This document shows positions 37,835 to 50,877 of a stretch of 64,000 bases of DNA, piece after piece. Each line of letters starts with the position of its first letter. Within the stretch, counting starts at the first letter, position 1. Made by a program: the position numbers and the translations under genes. A model generated the notes under the pieces. It saw only the letters and a list, made by a program, of their open reading frames with translations, searched no databases and was not told where the DNA came from. The stretch is from Octopus vulgaris (taxonomy: Eukaryota), in contig OX597822.1 in NCBI GenBank assembly GCA_951406725.2, forward strand, positions 21,948,001 through 22,012,000, written 5' to 3'.

Positions 37835-38531
37835 CACACACACATACACATGCTTGTATATTCATTCATATATGTATATGCCTACATGAATGTATATACA
37901 GAGATGTATATAATGCACACACACACACACACATGTGCTAATATGTATATGTCTCGCAGTTTCTACTAATCCTTCCCTCCAGCCCCATCCTTTTTTTTTC
38001 CCCATCCTAGATGTGATTAGTCATGCAGGTCCTTCTGCAGGAACCTGTTCCACCCATCTCAATCATAGTAATCCCATCATCTCCAAGCATAAAGTGATCT
38101 TCCCACCGCCCGTCATAAAGGTTCATAGTCCTGCAAACTGCTTGGTGACCTCAAAAGTGCAGGTGGTACATAAAAACCATCCAGTAACACTGTAAAGCGA
38201 TTGGCTTTAGGAAGAATATCCAGCCATAAAAAAAACCATGCCAAAGCAGACAATAGTGCTCGATGCAGTCCTTGGACACATTGGTTCCTGTCAAACTGTC
38301 CAACCCATGCCAGCAAGGAACATAGATGTTAGAGGACTATGATATGTATGCCAATGGCATGGATTTATTTACTGTGTGTCTCCTGTTAAGGAGTGACCCA
38401 TATACACAATGGTTTCATGCCCATCCCTTACAGCACATGTGTAATGTCACTAAACAATATCAGGTGATGAAACTGAAGTGTGTTGCCACAAGTTTGATTT
38501 GGCTTTTCTGTGGCACATTCTTAACCAGTTT

Positions 38532-39336
38532 AAGATTGAAGGCTTCGAATGATTTGTCTGTGTTCCGTGTTTGTCCCTTCCTGTATTTCACGTTCTTTAT
38601 ATATAAAACATTTATTCTTATATTATTGCGGCGTTACGTGCACCCCCCCCCCCCCCCCGTTTGTTTATCCAATTTTAAACCCTGCACGACTTCTATATAC
38701 TTTCTCTTTCCTACCCGCCATTGCTTCTTGACCAAACTATTTTGGCGCCCTTTTTTCTTCCCCCCTCTTCCTCCCATCCTCCTCAATCCCTTCTCTCTCT
38801 TTTTCTCTTGGTCTCTGACTGATTCTGTCCCCTGCCTTCCACCCTCTTTGATTCCCTCTCTCTCTGTCTCTCTTTCTCTCTCTCCCCTGCAACCTGCTGC
38901 TTCTCCACCATTTCGTTGGCGATCGTATCTCGCCAACATCTGTATTTGTCCCCTCTACTGAAAAGGTAATTATTTCTACGCCAGCTGCTATGTTTGTTGT
39001 TTTTGTCTCATTTGGTCTAAAGTCGTATGACAACCACCGTTATATTATATTTTGTTTAACCGTTACCGTTTTCAATTTCGTTTTCGTCTCTCGTATTTAC
39101 ATCCGTCTCATGCGTTCACATTCCTGTCTTCTACCAAGAAATCTAATGCTTACAGCTTAGTTTTTTTTCTTAGGGCTGGCTGAGTTGGAGCAAATATCAG
39201 AATTGAACAGCCGAAATTTGCTATGATGATTCGGTGTCTGACTGAAGATTGAAGGCTTCGAATGATTTGTCTGTGTTCCATGTTTGTCCCTTCCTGTATT
39301 TCACGTTCTTTATATATAAAACATTTATTCTTATAT
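38532..39336. mobile_element. Non-coding element bounded by 92-bp direct repeats
   Basis: 38532-38623 and 39245-39336 differ at one site. The interior is CpG-rich and pyrimidine-rich, with no credible ORF and no TG..CA ends. Confidence 0.65.
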
Positions 39337-39935
39337 AGTGTTTCCCTCTCCTGATCCAAGCATTATTGAGATCAGCCAGTATTGTTCCCTACAGACATTG
39401 TTCTGCTGTTGCAGACTTAAAGCAAGGTTGGTCGTGTTTAGTTTGGAGCCTCTTCTTTGAAATTACACCAATGGCCTCCACCAGGAAAATTAGACTTCTG
39501 AGGGCATTGCTCTCAGGGTGTTTGAACTACGCAAACTTTTCAGTCTGAAAACAAAAGACAGACTGTCATAAAACACTGCAGCTCAGACTGTCATTCAAGG
39601 ACTGGACATTGCATTGATTGCAGGAATTTCTCTTCAATATTCTTACCAGATTCTCTCCATTGCTTGAAAGACATTGTATGCTTTTCTCCAATGTACAAGT
39701 GCATGCATGCACACACACGCACACATATGTATGTATAAATATGTATATATATGATGTATATATATATGTGTATATATATGCATGTATATATATGTATATA
39801 TATATATATGCATATATATAAGTATGTATATATGTGTATATTTATATATGTTTATGTATATATATATGTATATATATATGCATGTATATATTATATGTAT
39901 ATATTTATATATATGTATATATGTTACGTTTATAT

Positions 39936-40522
39936 ATTTGTTTTGCAAGATTTTTGATGTGAAATCGTGTGTTGAAACAGATATTGTTGTATTTAGGAAT
40001 GGTCATTTTGCCAGTTTAGCCAATAAAAACACACGCACTATATATTTGGTGTTACTTTGCTTCAGCGTTATTTATTTTTTACATTAATCTTAATCTTATT
40101 TCGGCCAGAGTTCTTTCGTCAAACTCCCGTGACCTCATCAGTGGTCCTTTGCTTTCTTCTGTCTTATTTGTGTGTATAAACAGGAGATACAAATATTACA
40201 AGCTCTTCCCCCCCCACACACACACACTAACTAAACATAGACACACACAGAGGTATACGCATGCGCAAATGAAGACACATACAATAGGAATACAAAATAC
40301 AAAATGGCTGACCGTTAGTAAGGAGAGACACACAAATAAGAAAGAAGAAAGAAAAGGACCACTGATGAGGTCACAGGAGTGTGACAAAAGAACTCTGGCC
40401 AAAATAAGATTAAGCTTAATGTAAAAAATAAATAATGCTGAAGCAAAGTAACACCAAATATATAGTGCGTGTGTTTTTATTGGCTAAACTGGCAAAATGA
40501 CCATTCCTAAATACAACAATAT
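39936..40522. mobile_element. Fold-back element with paired hammerhead folds
   Basis: ~180-bp arms at 39981-40158 and 40344-40522 are reverse complements. The element is embedded in TA-rich microsatellite on both sides, and a solo terminal fragment lies at 43720-43765. Confidence 0.8.
40103..40147 (-). ncRNA. Type I minimal hammerhead ribozyme
   Basis: GGACCA-CUGAUGA-G-GUCA(cgggaguu)UGAC-GAAA-GAAC-UC|-UGGCC. There is one extra nucleotide after A9 and stem III is only 2 bp. The plus-strand twin at 40356-40400 has AAAA in place of GAAA. Confidence 0.62.
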
Positions 40523-40551
40523 GTATATATGTATATCTATCTATCTATCTA

Positions 40552-40595
<44 letters not shown>

Positions 40596-40699
40596 AGTGC
40601 ATATATATACATAATACACAAGGTGGCCCAAAAGTTATTCAACTATTTCTTTCTCATTCATATATTCGTATATTAAGTTTAGATCTTAATCATTAAAAA

Positions 40700-41355
40700 A
40701 TATCAGATGGTGAACACACAGAACATTGGCTTGCCATGTCACCAAATCATGTACTGAAAGTGATAAAAATCAAACATCCAGTCAACATTACAGTGTTTGG
40801 AGTGATCAGTAGTGATAGCGATGTTCATCTTCCCACACGGCCTCACACTCAACATGGAGTGCCTGGAAGAGGTAGTGTTGACCTGGCCCCAGAGGGTGGC
40901 TGCTGGAAGACCCTATGTCTGACAACAGGACTCCGCACCATGCCACACAAGCAGGAGAACCCAGTCATGGTTGTCAGACAGTTTCTGCAACCACATCACC
41001 CCTAACATCTGGCACCTAACTCCCCAGACTGTAAACCTCTTGATTAATATGTGTGGAATGCAGTTGAGTGAAGTACTAACAAAACTCCTTGTAACACCCA
41101 GGAATGAACTGAAGGCAAGGATTATGGCAGCATTCACCAACTTAAAAAAGGAGACCATTCAGAATAGTTGCAAGAGATTCTGAAGTCGTCAGTATGCTGT
41201 GGTTGAAGCCAGTTGGGGATTTTATTGAATAAATTAATTATTTAGTATTTCAAGATATTTTTATGTAATTTTAGTAAATATATCTGTTAAAATGAGATGT
41301 CAGCGTTATTTTCAGTTTTGCGCAGTTTAAACGACAATTTATTCACTGCACCCTA
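40700..41355 (+). mobile_element. Tc1/mariner superfamily (DD37D/maT-like) remnant, 3' half
   Basis: KHPVNITVFGVISSD, QQDSAPCH and WHL/PNSPDCKPLD-like segments across frames, ending in CACTGCACCCTATA. Confidence 0.65.
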
Positions 41356-41390
41356 TATATGTATGTATGTATGTTTGTATGTATATACGT

Positions 41391-41632
41391 ATAGGGTGGG
41401 GCAGAATTGACGGACATTTTTGAAATGGCTATTACTCAGCCCCAGGGATGGAAGGGACATATGTCCAACAGGTACCATTCAGTCTGTGGTGTCTTAGCAC
41501 GTTTTTTTCTTTCCAGGGGAAAACATGGTGCTGTGGATAATAGAGTATTATGTGTTTGCCTACACATTACGTGAAGAATAATAAGTCTGTCACAGCAGTT
41601 CAGCATGAATTTCGGTGCCACTTCAACATTCA
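41391..41632 (+). mobile_element. Tc1/mariner-type 5' end fragment
   Basis: TA|TAGGGTGGGGCAGAA terminus followed by an HTH-like YVKNNKSVTAVQHEFRCHFNIH segment, truncated by microsatellite. Confidence 0.55.
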
Positions 41633-41702
41633 TGTATATATGTATCTATGGATACACATATATGTATGTATGGATTTGTATATATGTATGTACATGCACA
41701 CA

Positions 41703-41744
<42 letters not shown>

Positions 41745-41762
41745 CATATATATATACACACA

Positions 41763-43489
41763 CAGTAGGTTCCGCTTTATAAATCCCCTGATAATCAATC
41801 CACCTGCTAAATGTATCCAAAATGGGTTGGGACAGAATTTTTACTCATAAAATCTCTTATTTAATAAATCCAAACCATTGCTTAATTAATCCAATTGTCA
41901 CTGCATCTTCCTAAAGTGTCAACAAGTGGCAATGAACAAATGAAGTGGGATTTTTTTTTCACTCTTGGATACACACAGGAAAGTGAAAAAAACACGACAT
42001 TTGTCATTCATGCAGAGAGACAGACACACACAAGTTGTTCAAAATGTTCAAAATGAAAAGAGAGAGGTAAGACAAATCCATGGCAGAAAAGATTCAGTTG
42101 TTACAACATTACAAAGCTCTTGAGAAAACAATTCAGTGGGAAGTAGCACAGAGTTTGGGAATTTCAAGATGCCTGTCCCAGAATTTGTTACAGAATGAGG
42201 CTGACCTTTATACCAAAGAACTTGATAGCTGTTCATCAAAGAGAAAGCACCAACGAAAGGTAAAAGATCAACAGACAGACCATGCTCCCTCCGATTGGTT
42301 TCAGTTTATTCACTAATGGTCTGATCCTAATGCACAAAGCCAACACCATTACTCAAGCCGCTGGACACTATTTTAAGGCAACTGAAGGTTGGTTTTACCA
42401 TTGCCAAAAAAGACGTGGAATTTCTTTTACGGTTCACATTTTTCTATTTAGAGAACACAAACTAAACATTTCATACATTACAGGTGAGGCAGCTGAAACT
42501 GACGTTGATGGAGCCCATTGGTTTCATGAGACAACCCTGCAGCTTCTGTTGAAATCATATCAACCACAGGACATCTACAATGCCGATAAAACTGGTATCT
42601 ACTTTCGTGCATTACTAGGAAATACATATGTCAACAACTCTTGAAAGAAATCTGTGAAACGCTTTAAGACGGCAAGGGACTGTGTGACCTTGATGGTGGC
42701 CTGCAACATGAATGGCAACAAAGAAGATTAGCTCTTAATCGGAAAAACTAGTTCGCCAAGATGCTTTAAAAATGTCAAAATGCTTTTGATTCAGTATGAC
42801 TTTTTAACCAATGCTTGGATAACAGAAAAAAATCTATGGTTGTTGGCTCAGATCTTGGGATCATCATTTGTGGGAATCTGGAAGACAAGTGGTGGTCCTC
42901 CTTAACAACTGCTCTTCTCATGTAGTCATCGATGATCTCAAGAATATCACTTTAAAATTTCTTCCTCCCAACACAACATCAGTGCTGCAGCCCTGTGACA
43001 TGGGGATAATGGAGACCTTGGAAGCATACTTCACACATGAAATGTATGAGAACATCAATGATGTTATGGAAGACAGTGAACACGACATTTTTGCCCAAGA
43101 AGGTGCAAAGTAGATCACCATTTTGGATCCAATGTATATGTTAAGTGCAATGTACATGTTAAGTGAACAACACCAGCTGAAACGAGACACTATCACACTT
43201 AATTAGCAAGTGACCTTGAAAGTTTTGATTTCAGTGACATGAATCTTTTTAGAACTCTTAAGAAAAAATTAATGCAGAGTTGCAAACAAAGTGTCCAGCA
43301 CAGCAAGCAACACTCAACAAATGTTTCATTCAATGACATTAAATAGAATGTCATTGTGTATTTGCATATGCCTGTATTTTAATAAATATACATGTTTAAT
43401 CAATTGGCGAATTTTGTTCCTTCAAATCCCTTGTTTAATAAATCCAAAACAAGCAGTCCCAAGATGAATTTATAAAGTGGGTTTTACTG
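41763..43489 (+). mobile_element. pogo/Tigger transposon, full length, decayed
   Basis: TIRs CAGTAGGTTCCGCTTTATAAATCC and GAATTTATAAAGTGGGTTTTACTG|TA. Motifs FKATEGWF, IYNADKTG, LLNNCSSH and FLPPNTTSVLQPCDMG. Confidence 0.93.
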
Positions 43490-43756
43490 TATATATATAT
43501 GTGTGTGTGTGTATGTCTGTCTATATATATATATATGTGTGCATGTGTCTGTGTGTGTGTGTATATATGTATATTTACATATATGTATATATATATATGC
43601 AAATATATATATGCAAATATATATATGCAAATATATATATATATTTATATACATATATGTATGTATATGTATATATGTATATTTACATATATGTATATAT
43701 ATATATACGTTTATATATATATTGGCTAAACTGGCAAAATGACCTTTCCGAAATAT

Positions 43757-43795
<39 letters not shown>

Positions 43796-43839
43796 GACAT
43801 ATATGTATGTATATGTATGCATATACATACATATATATA

Positions 43840-44922
43840 CAGACATGACAGAAGTAAATATACAGCCTTATAATCATTAAAATTTATTTAAATCTGAAAT
43901 TATATATTCAAATTATTCATTAATTGTTATAATGTGAATATTTGATATTTAGTAAACATGCCCTTTGCATTTTTCAATGCAAGGATCCAGTTAGGCATGT
44001 TACAGGTTAGATAACGAATATTCTCTTGCAGAATTTCTTGCCAAGTTTTATGCAGTAATCTCAAAAGATCTGGCTTTGAAGATGCTTTCTTTTTCTTTTT
44101 ATGAAGTTTTCCTGTCCATTATGTCCCAAAAGTGTTGGTGACTAGTTTGGCCATGGAAGCTTTTTAATGCCTTTCTCATTCAACAAATCTTGGGTCAGTT
44201 TAGCCAAGTGACATCTTCCATAAGAAGTCTCCTTTAATCATTTCACCACTGGAGAAGCTCTGATCAACCATTGCTCCAAATTGCTCCCCAGACCATCACA
44301 GAATAGCTGCCATGTTACATTGCTGGCCATAATCTTTTCACATCAAATTTTTGATCACAGAGTCCCACACTCAACCCTCATCAGAGAATATGACAGTATC
44401 TCAAAATGCTAGTGGCCTCTCCACCATCTCATTGGCCCAATCTCTTCTCTGCTTGATATTGGTTGGTCGAAGAAGTGGCTTCCTTCTTGCTGCTCTTCCA
44501 TAGTAACCAAGTATTCTGCCATAACAACCAGCTGTTCTGGGACTGACATCAACTTGTTCTGCTATGTCAGAGGCCTTGCAATGAGGATTATCCTTCACAG
44601 TTCTTTCATCAATAACAAGGGTCCTGTCAGAGGGCCCCGGTTGATCTGGATGAGTTGATGTGAACTTCTTCCCATCTCTAGTGAATTGCACTGTGACTTT
44701 ATTAAATCTTGAAACCGGGATCCCAAGATTTTCTGTGATTTTATGCTAGTAATGTCCACCTTCTGAATGACCCACAATATGGCCTCTTTGAAATACAGAC
44801 AGTTACAAGGCTTCTTTTGTATATGGCATGACTAAACAGTCTCATATAGAACCTGAAGCAAAAAATGTCAGTAAAAGATATAAAGCTTTACAAGTTAGAA
44901 TAAACATAAATTGTCATGTCTG
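43840..44922 (-). mobile_element. Tc1-like transposon, internally deleted
   Basis: TIR CAGACATGACA / TGTCATGTCTG and the transposase segment GYYGRAARRKPLLRPTNIKQRRDWA. Confidence 0.85.
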
Positions 44923-45169
44923 TGTGTGGGTGTGTGTATGTGTGTATATATATATATATATATGCATGTATATATATATATATATATATGCATGTATATA
45001 TATTTATGCATATGCATGAATATATATTTATGCATATGTATGCTTATATATATATATATATATTTATATGTATGGAGTCCACTCTTTTGATTCAATGATG
45101 ATCTTTGTATTTTGTGATTGTGTAGAGGCCTAGTGCAATGCTTGGCTCATATGCCTATAATAGTGTTAA

Positions 45170-45712
45170 AACAGCCCAGCCACCATCATAATCAATCAAC
45201 ACCATAGTCCCCATCATAATTGACAGCAGAACTAAACTGCAATGATCATTACAATGCTAAATGCAATCACCCTACCATTATAACCATCAGCACTGTAATT
45301 ACTGCAATGACCACAACCACAGCCACTTAAAGTAACCTCAATAATAGGAATTTTACTTGTCTAGAAGAGACTGAGAAGGCCATGGATACTACCATTTTCT
45401 CCAAACTCAGAAAGTTAGAAATTAAAAAATGAAAACCCAGAGCACTATCAAAATCACCACAACTATCACCAGAATCACCACAGCCACCAAAACAGCTACA
45501 ACCATCACCAACACCATCACACTAGCTTTCTCATAACCTCTGCCACTATCACAAGCACCACCACTACAAACCCTATAACCACCCCACTAATAACCTGTAC
45601 CACCACTATCATTACCACAACAACCATAGCAATCAACACCACCACAACCAAAATCAAAACAACCATTGCCACTACCAACCACAATCATCATCTCAACATC
45701 CATCACCACTAT
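45170..45712. repeat. Degenerate (ACC/ATC)n low-complexity region
   Basis: C/A-rich triplet-like sequence interrupted by stop codons. Confidence 0.7.
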
Positions 45713-46067
45713 AATGTTTTTCACTCCTACAAAAGACAATAGGATCTGCAATGACAGCTAAACACTTCCATTTGAACCACAAGACATCGCCTTACAATAG
45801 AAGAAGAGAAAATAACATTACATGACAAAAAGAAGTTTTATTTTTTCTTCCGTTGTTGCTGCCTGTGTGTAGAATTTAGATTCCTATATAGAATAGATGT
45901 TTTACGAAGAATATCTTGTTTTTCATCACAGGAACATGGCAGAATTATAATGCCATATAATTGGAGCTTTTGTAAATCTGGTTATAGATAGTGCCATGCT
46001 TCTTTCAACACAAACACAACTGGTTTAGATCAAATGAACAACTATAAAAGGAATAATTTATCTGTTC

Positions 46068-46100
<33 letters not shown>

Positions 46101-46188
46101 AATCACACACACCATGGTTCTTTCTTAATCCCTTCTCTCTGTTCCTCTGTATCTGTTATCTATGTGTGTATATATGTATATATATATA

Positions 46189-46248
<60 letters not shown>

Positions 46249-46568
46249 GGTGTGTGTGTGTGCTTGAATACATACATATATACATTGAAGTTGAATGCAC
46301 TGAGTGTTAAAATGCGTATATTCATTGGCATACACACACATGCAGGTATGCAACTGCACATACACACATGCAATTTGTGCAGTTTTCTGTTTGATAATCT
46401 CATTTCACAAAACATACTAGGTGAAACGAAATGTAAAATTATGTAAAATTCTTAACAGATAATATAATAATGTTGCCTAGGTATATAATTCTGAATGAAG
46501 ATATATATAAGATAATCTGATATATATGATATGATATATAATATGATACATACATACATGCATGCATG

Positions 46569-46666
<98 letters not shown>

Positions 46667-47840
46667 GAGACACACACACACATATATATATAGATATGCT
46701 TGCATTCACATAAGTAATATGCACTCTCCCCACCTCTCTCTCTCTACAGACACACAGACACATACATGTGTGCAACATAGATATTGCATTCACTTATCAG
46801 TAATATTCTCTCTCTCTCTCTTTATAAATGCATTATATACACACATATATGCACACACATATTTGGGTAATATCTCGTGTGTGTGCAATATCTAATAAAA
46901 TTTGATACTTTGTCCAGTCCAATGTTTATTTCTTATACTGTACTTATTTTACACCTATCTTTTTATTCATTCTTAATATCATATTTTATTTATAATATTT
47001 TCTGTTGCTTTATCGTTTGATCATAGATAGATGTTCAGCCTCATGTATTTCTTATCTACAACACTTGAAGCAATGTATACAGCCTTAGAATTTCGTTTTT
47101 ATTGCAAAAGAATTATGAGCAGTAATTGAACACATCAACACTTATCCAAGAAAGATATATATCCAGGGAGTTTGTGTGGTTGCTGAAGCTCATAGAAACA
47201 ACAGCCAAATCTCATTTGAATTACACCTTACTATCTGAAAGGCAAAACAAAAGAAAAGGAAGGGATAGTTTGTTCTATGTAATCTTTGATATACTAAAAG
47301 ATAAGATGGTCATGGTTGGAATATCTCTGATCATAGGTCTTTTTAACAAGGCTAGTGTGAGGTCTATGCAGCAACAATGATTCGTGTTTCTTTCTCCCTG
47401 CAGGTGAGTGTGTGGGTGTCTGTGTATGCATGTGTAAAAATGTGTATAAACATGTATTTAAAGTTATCTATATATAAGACACACACATGCACATATCGTT
47501 TAATATACACAGAATTTTAAGGAGCTACTGATAGTTTCATGCCGTAAAGACACAAAGATTTGGCAGGTTTATATAACACTCCCATGGATCTCCAAGTAGT
47601 CCTTCAGGCTAAGGGCATACTATATAAAATTATGCCAGATTATTGAGTTTCTACAACATGAAAATATTGGTACTTCTTTTTTAAATCTTTAAAATTCTGT
47701 GATTAAATGATATTTGTCTCTCAATGGATGGAGTACTCATTTGTTGATCCTATCTAAAACAGAACAGTAAACTATATATATTGAGAGAGAGACAGACAGA
47801 TAGATAATTTGACATATGTAGTTATATATATGTATGTGTA

Positions 47841-48738
47841 CAAGGTTTGATCAATATGTATTGAGACTGTTGCCATAGTAACGAAGCTAAAGCATGCAGA
47901 GTGAGGTCATTCGGCAAAGATTGACCATAAACTTTGCTGTGCATGCACACTAAGTTTTAACGTTCAAGCTCACTTCTGCTATTTACAGCAGTGCTTGGAA
48001 GGAACATGTGTAGTGTGTGGTTGTTGCATTGACCATGACAAAGAAAGTTGTCATGGTGATACTTGCTCAGAGACCTATGCAAGGTTGCAGAAAGTGTATG
48101 GAGAGGAGTGTATGAGCCACACACAAGTGTTCAAGTGGTTCAGACATTTCTGAGATGGCTGAAAAAAATGTCGACGTTGATGAATATTCTGGATGACCCA
48201 CAACCAGCAGAACTGAGTAAAACATCGCAGATATGCATGCAACTGTGAGGGGAAATCGTTGAATCATCATCTGTGAGTTATCAGAAAATGTACAGATTAG
48301 TTATGGTTCAGTTCAGTCCATTATCCCTACAGATTTGGGTATGAGATGTGTGTCTGCCAAGTTTGTACCCAAACTGCTTTCAGCTGACCAAAAAGACACT
48401 CGAGTTTCAGTTGCATAAGATTTCCTTGATTGTGTTGAGAATGATGAAAACGTTTTGAAAATTTTGTATAGGTCTCTGAGAGGTATTGCCAAGCTTTTGG
48501 CAAAATTTGATGTAGATCCTCAGCTCATCTCAGCTCTCTGTCATGATAAATGCAATGATCACACACTACACACCTTCCTTCCAAGCACTGATGTAAATAG
48601 CAGAAGTTAGATAGAATATTTAAACTTAGTGCACATATACAGCAGAGTTCAAGGTCAATCTGTGCCAAGCAGCTTCACTCTGGGTGCTTTAATTTCGTTA
48701 CTATGGCAAAAGTCCAGATACCTATTGATCAAACCATG
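47841..48738 (+). mobile_element. Mariner derivative with very long inverted ends
   Basis: TA|CAAGGTTTGATCAATA ... TATTGATCAAACCATG|TA. Inverted similarity continues for at least 190 bp, and the centre holds N-terminal transposase remnants (VSAKFVPKLL). Confidence 0.85.
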
Positions 48739-48909
48739 TATTGTACATTGTTTTCAGTTTCCGATAGATATTAATTTCTTTTAATATAGCAGGTCTATCT
48801 ATACTTGCACTAATACTCAGGTGACCACAGATATATTTCAGTGTATATTCCTAGCTAATATCTGAAGTATAAACCAAGTATTAACCTACTTGTATTTTTA
48901 TTATTAATG

Positions 48910-49058
48910 TGGTGAGCTGACAGAATTGTTAGCACACCAGGCAGAATGCTAAGTGCATTTAGTCAGTCCTTACATTTTGAGTTCAAATTCCACTGAGGTC
49001 AATGTAATTGACTAACCCCTCCCCAAAGTTTCAGGTCTTGTGCCTATAGTAGAGAGGA
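48910..49058 (+). mobile_element. SINE family B, deleted old copy
   Basis: GGTGAGCTGACAGAATTGTTAGCAC...GAGTTCAAATTCCACTGAGGTC. Confidence 0.7.
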
Positions 49059-49102
49059 TTATTTTTATTTTTAGTATTATTATCATCATCATTATCATTA
49101 TT

Positions 49103-49347
49103 GTAAAAAGCACCATCTGATCGTAGCTGTTGCCAGCCTCATCCGGCCTCTGTGCCTGTGGCACGTAAAAGGCATCCACTACACTCACGGAGTGGTTGGT
49201 GTTAGGAAGGGCATCCAGCTGTAGAAACACTGCCAGATCAGACTGGGCTTGGTGCAGCCTTCTGGCTTCCCAGACCCCAGTTGAACCATCCAACCGATGC
49301 TAGCATGGAAAGCGGACGTTAAACGATGATGATGATTATTATTATTA

Positions 49348-49408
<61 letters not shown>

Positions 49409-49418
49409 CATCATTATT
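49103..49418 (+). mobile_element. RTE 3'-UTR fragment whose (GAT)n tail continues into (ATT)n
   Basis: Matches 29077-29317 and is followed by about 85 bp of (ATT)n. Confidence 0.9.
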
Positions 49419-50331
49419 AGAATACAAACTCTGTATATATTGACCTAGGCAGGTTCTTTTAATTTTGCTGTAGTTGTTATTGTTGCACACTAGGTTTGTC
49501 TTGATCCAGTAAACTCATAATTAAAGACATAGCAGCCATACATAATTATACCCAATTCCTTTAACCTCTTTTCCTCTTTTTTTTTTCTTGCTTGAGCTTT
49601 CCAAAAAAATCATTTAATGTGACCCATATCTTTTAAGATGTAGAGGTATGATTTGAGAGAAATTTATCAGATGCAGCTGTTCATATTGAATGAGAACATA
49701 AAAGAGCTGTTGTTTGTTTGTGTTAGACTATGTGTCAAGTATTCATATATTTTAGCATTTTCTAGCATTTCTTTTTGTGCTCATAATTATATGAAATTGC
49801 TCCCCACACACAGAGCATTGTGTTTGTCCATATAAATACAGATGTACACCGGAACTGTACAAACTTTTCTTTTCAACATCTGTCAAAGCTTGTCCTTCCT
49901 GCATTGTCTTATTTTGTGTTTATTGCTCTCATTGGATGGATGGATGGATGTATTTGTGTGTGTTGGCATGGTAAAAGCATGCAGTACATTCTGTAAAGTG
50001 GTTGGTAACAGGTAGGGTGTCTAGCTGCAGAAACCCAACCAAAGTAGATGTGGCTGCATGATGTAGTCCTCCAACTCATCAGATCCATCAAACAGTCCAA
50101 CCTAAACTGAGATGAAAGCTGGATGTTAAACAACGATAATGACAATAGGATTATACAAACATACCATAACATATATATACATACATACATATATATATCA
50201 TTATCATCATCATCATTTAACATCTGCCTTCCATATATATATATATATGCATGTATATATCATATACGTATATATATCATCATCATTATTTAACATCTGC
50301 CTTCCATGTATGTATATATATATATATATAT

Positions 50332-50362
<31 letters not shown>

Positions 50363-50413
50363 ATCATCATCATCATCATTGTTTAACATCTGCCTTCCAT
50401 ATATATATACACG

Positions 50414-50444
<31 letters not shown>

Positions 50445-50494
50445 CATCATCATCATCATCATCGTTTAACATCTGCCTTCCATATATATATATA

Positions 50495-50877
50495 CTAGAA
50501 GTATCGCCCGGCGTTGCTCGGGCTTGTAAGGGAAATAACTATAAAGCATTTTTAGAGAGTTATAGCCAAAAAATAGCAAAAAAATGGGTAAAAAAATGAT
50601 GGTAAATTTTTTTTGATAGTTAAAAAGGTCGAGTTGCGTCCCCTAGACCATCTGTGGTTTGTGTTTCTGATTGTCAACCCCATGTCGAATTTATCGATCT
50701 TTTTCAGAACTGGGGGAACTTTTCAAAATTTTCGCTGCGTTAGTTTTGAATTATGACATTGGGCTATGTGTGTGTCAAGTTTCATCAGAATCGGTTGAAA
50801 GCCGTGGTCAGAGTGAGGGTACAACCAAACAGACACACAGAAACACACACAGACAAACTGCCGTTTATATAGAGAGA
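50495..50877 (-). mobile_element. Complete non-autonomous Helitron
   Basis: On the minus strand: A|TC 5' end, subterminal hairpin CCCGAGCAACGCCGGG, CTAG|T 3' end, no TSD, inserted in (TA)n. Confidence 0.9.

Noticed and set aside
38326-38961. 211-aa ORF
   Set aside because: It crosses an element boundary and a pyrimidine-rich low-complexity tract, and shows no recognisable motif.
39236-39275. CTGAAGA...GAAT...GTC as a possible hammerhead
   Set aside because: It has GAAU instead of GAAA, no workable stem II loop and no stem I pairing.
45170-45712. Possible Thr-rich mucin-like exon
   Set aside because: There is no sustained open frame or supported splice sites; it is a degenerate triplet repeat.
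50195-50494. CRISPR-like repeat-spacer appearance
   Set aside because: The spacers are (TA)n microsatellite, the repeats are retrotransposon tails, the context is eukaryotic and there are no cas genes.
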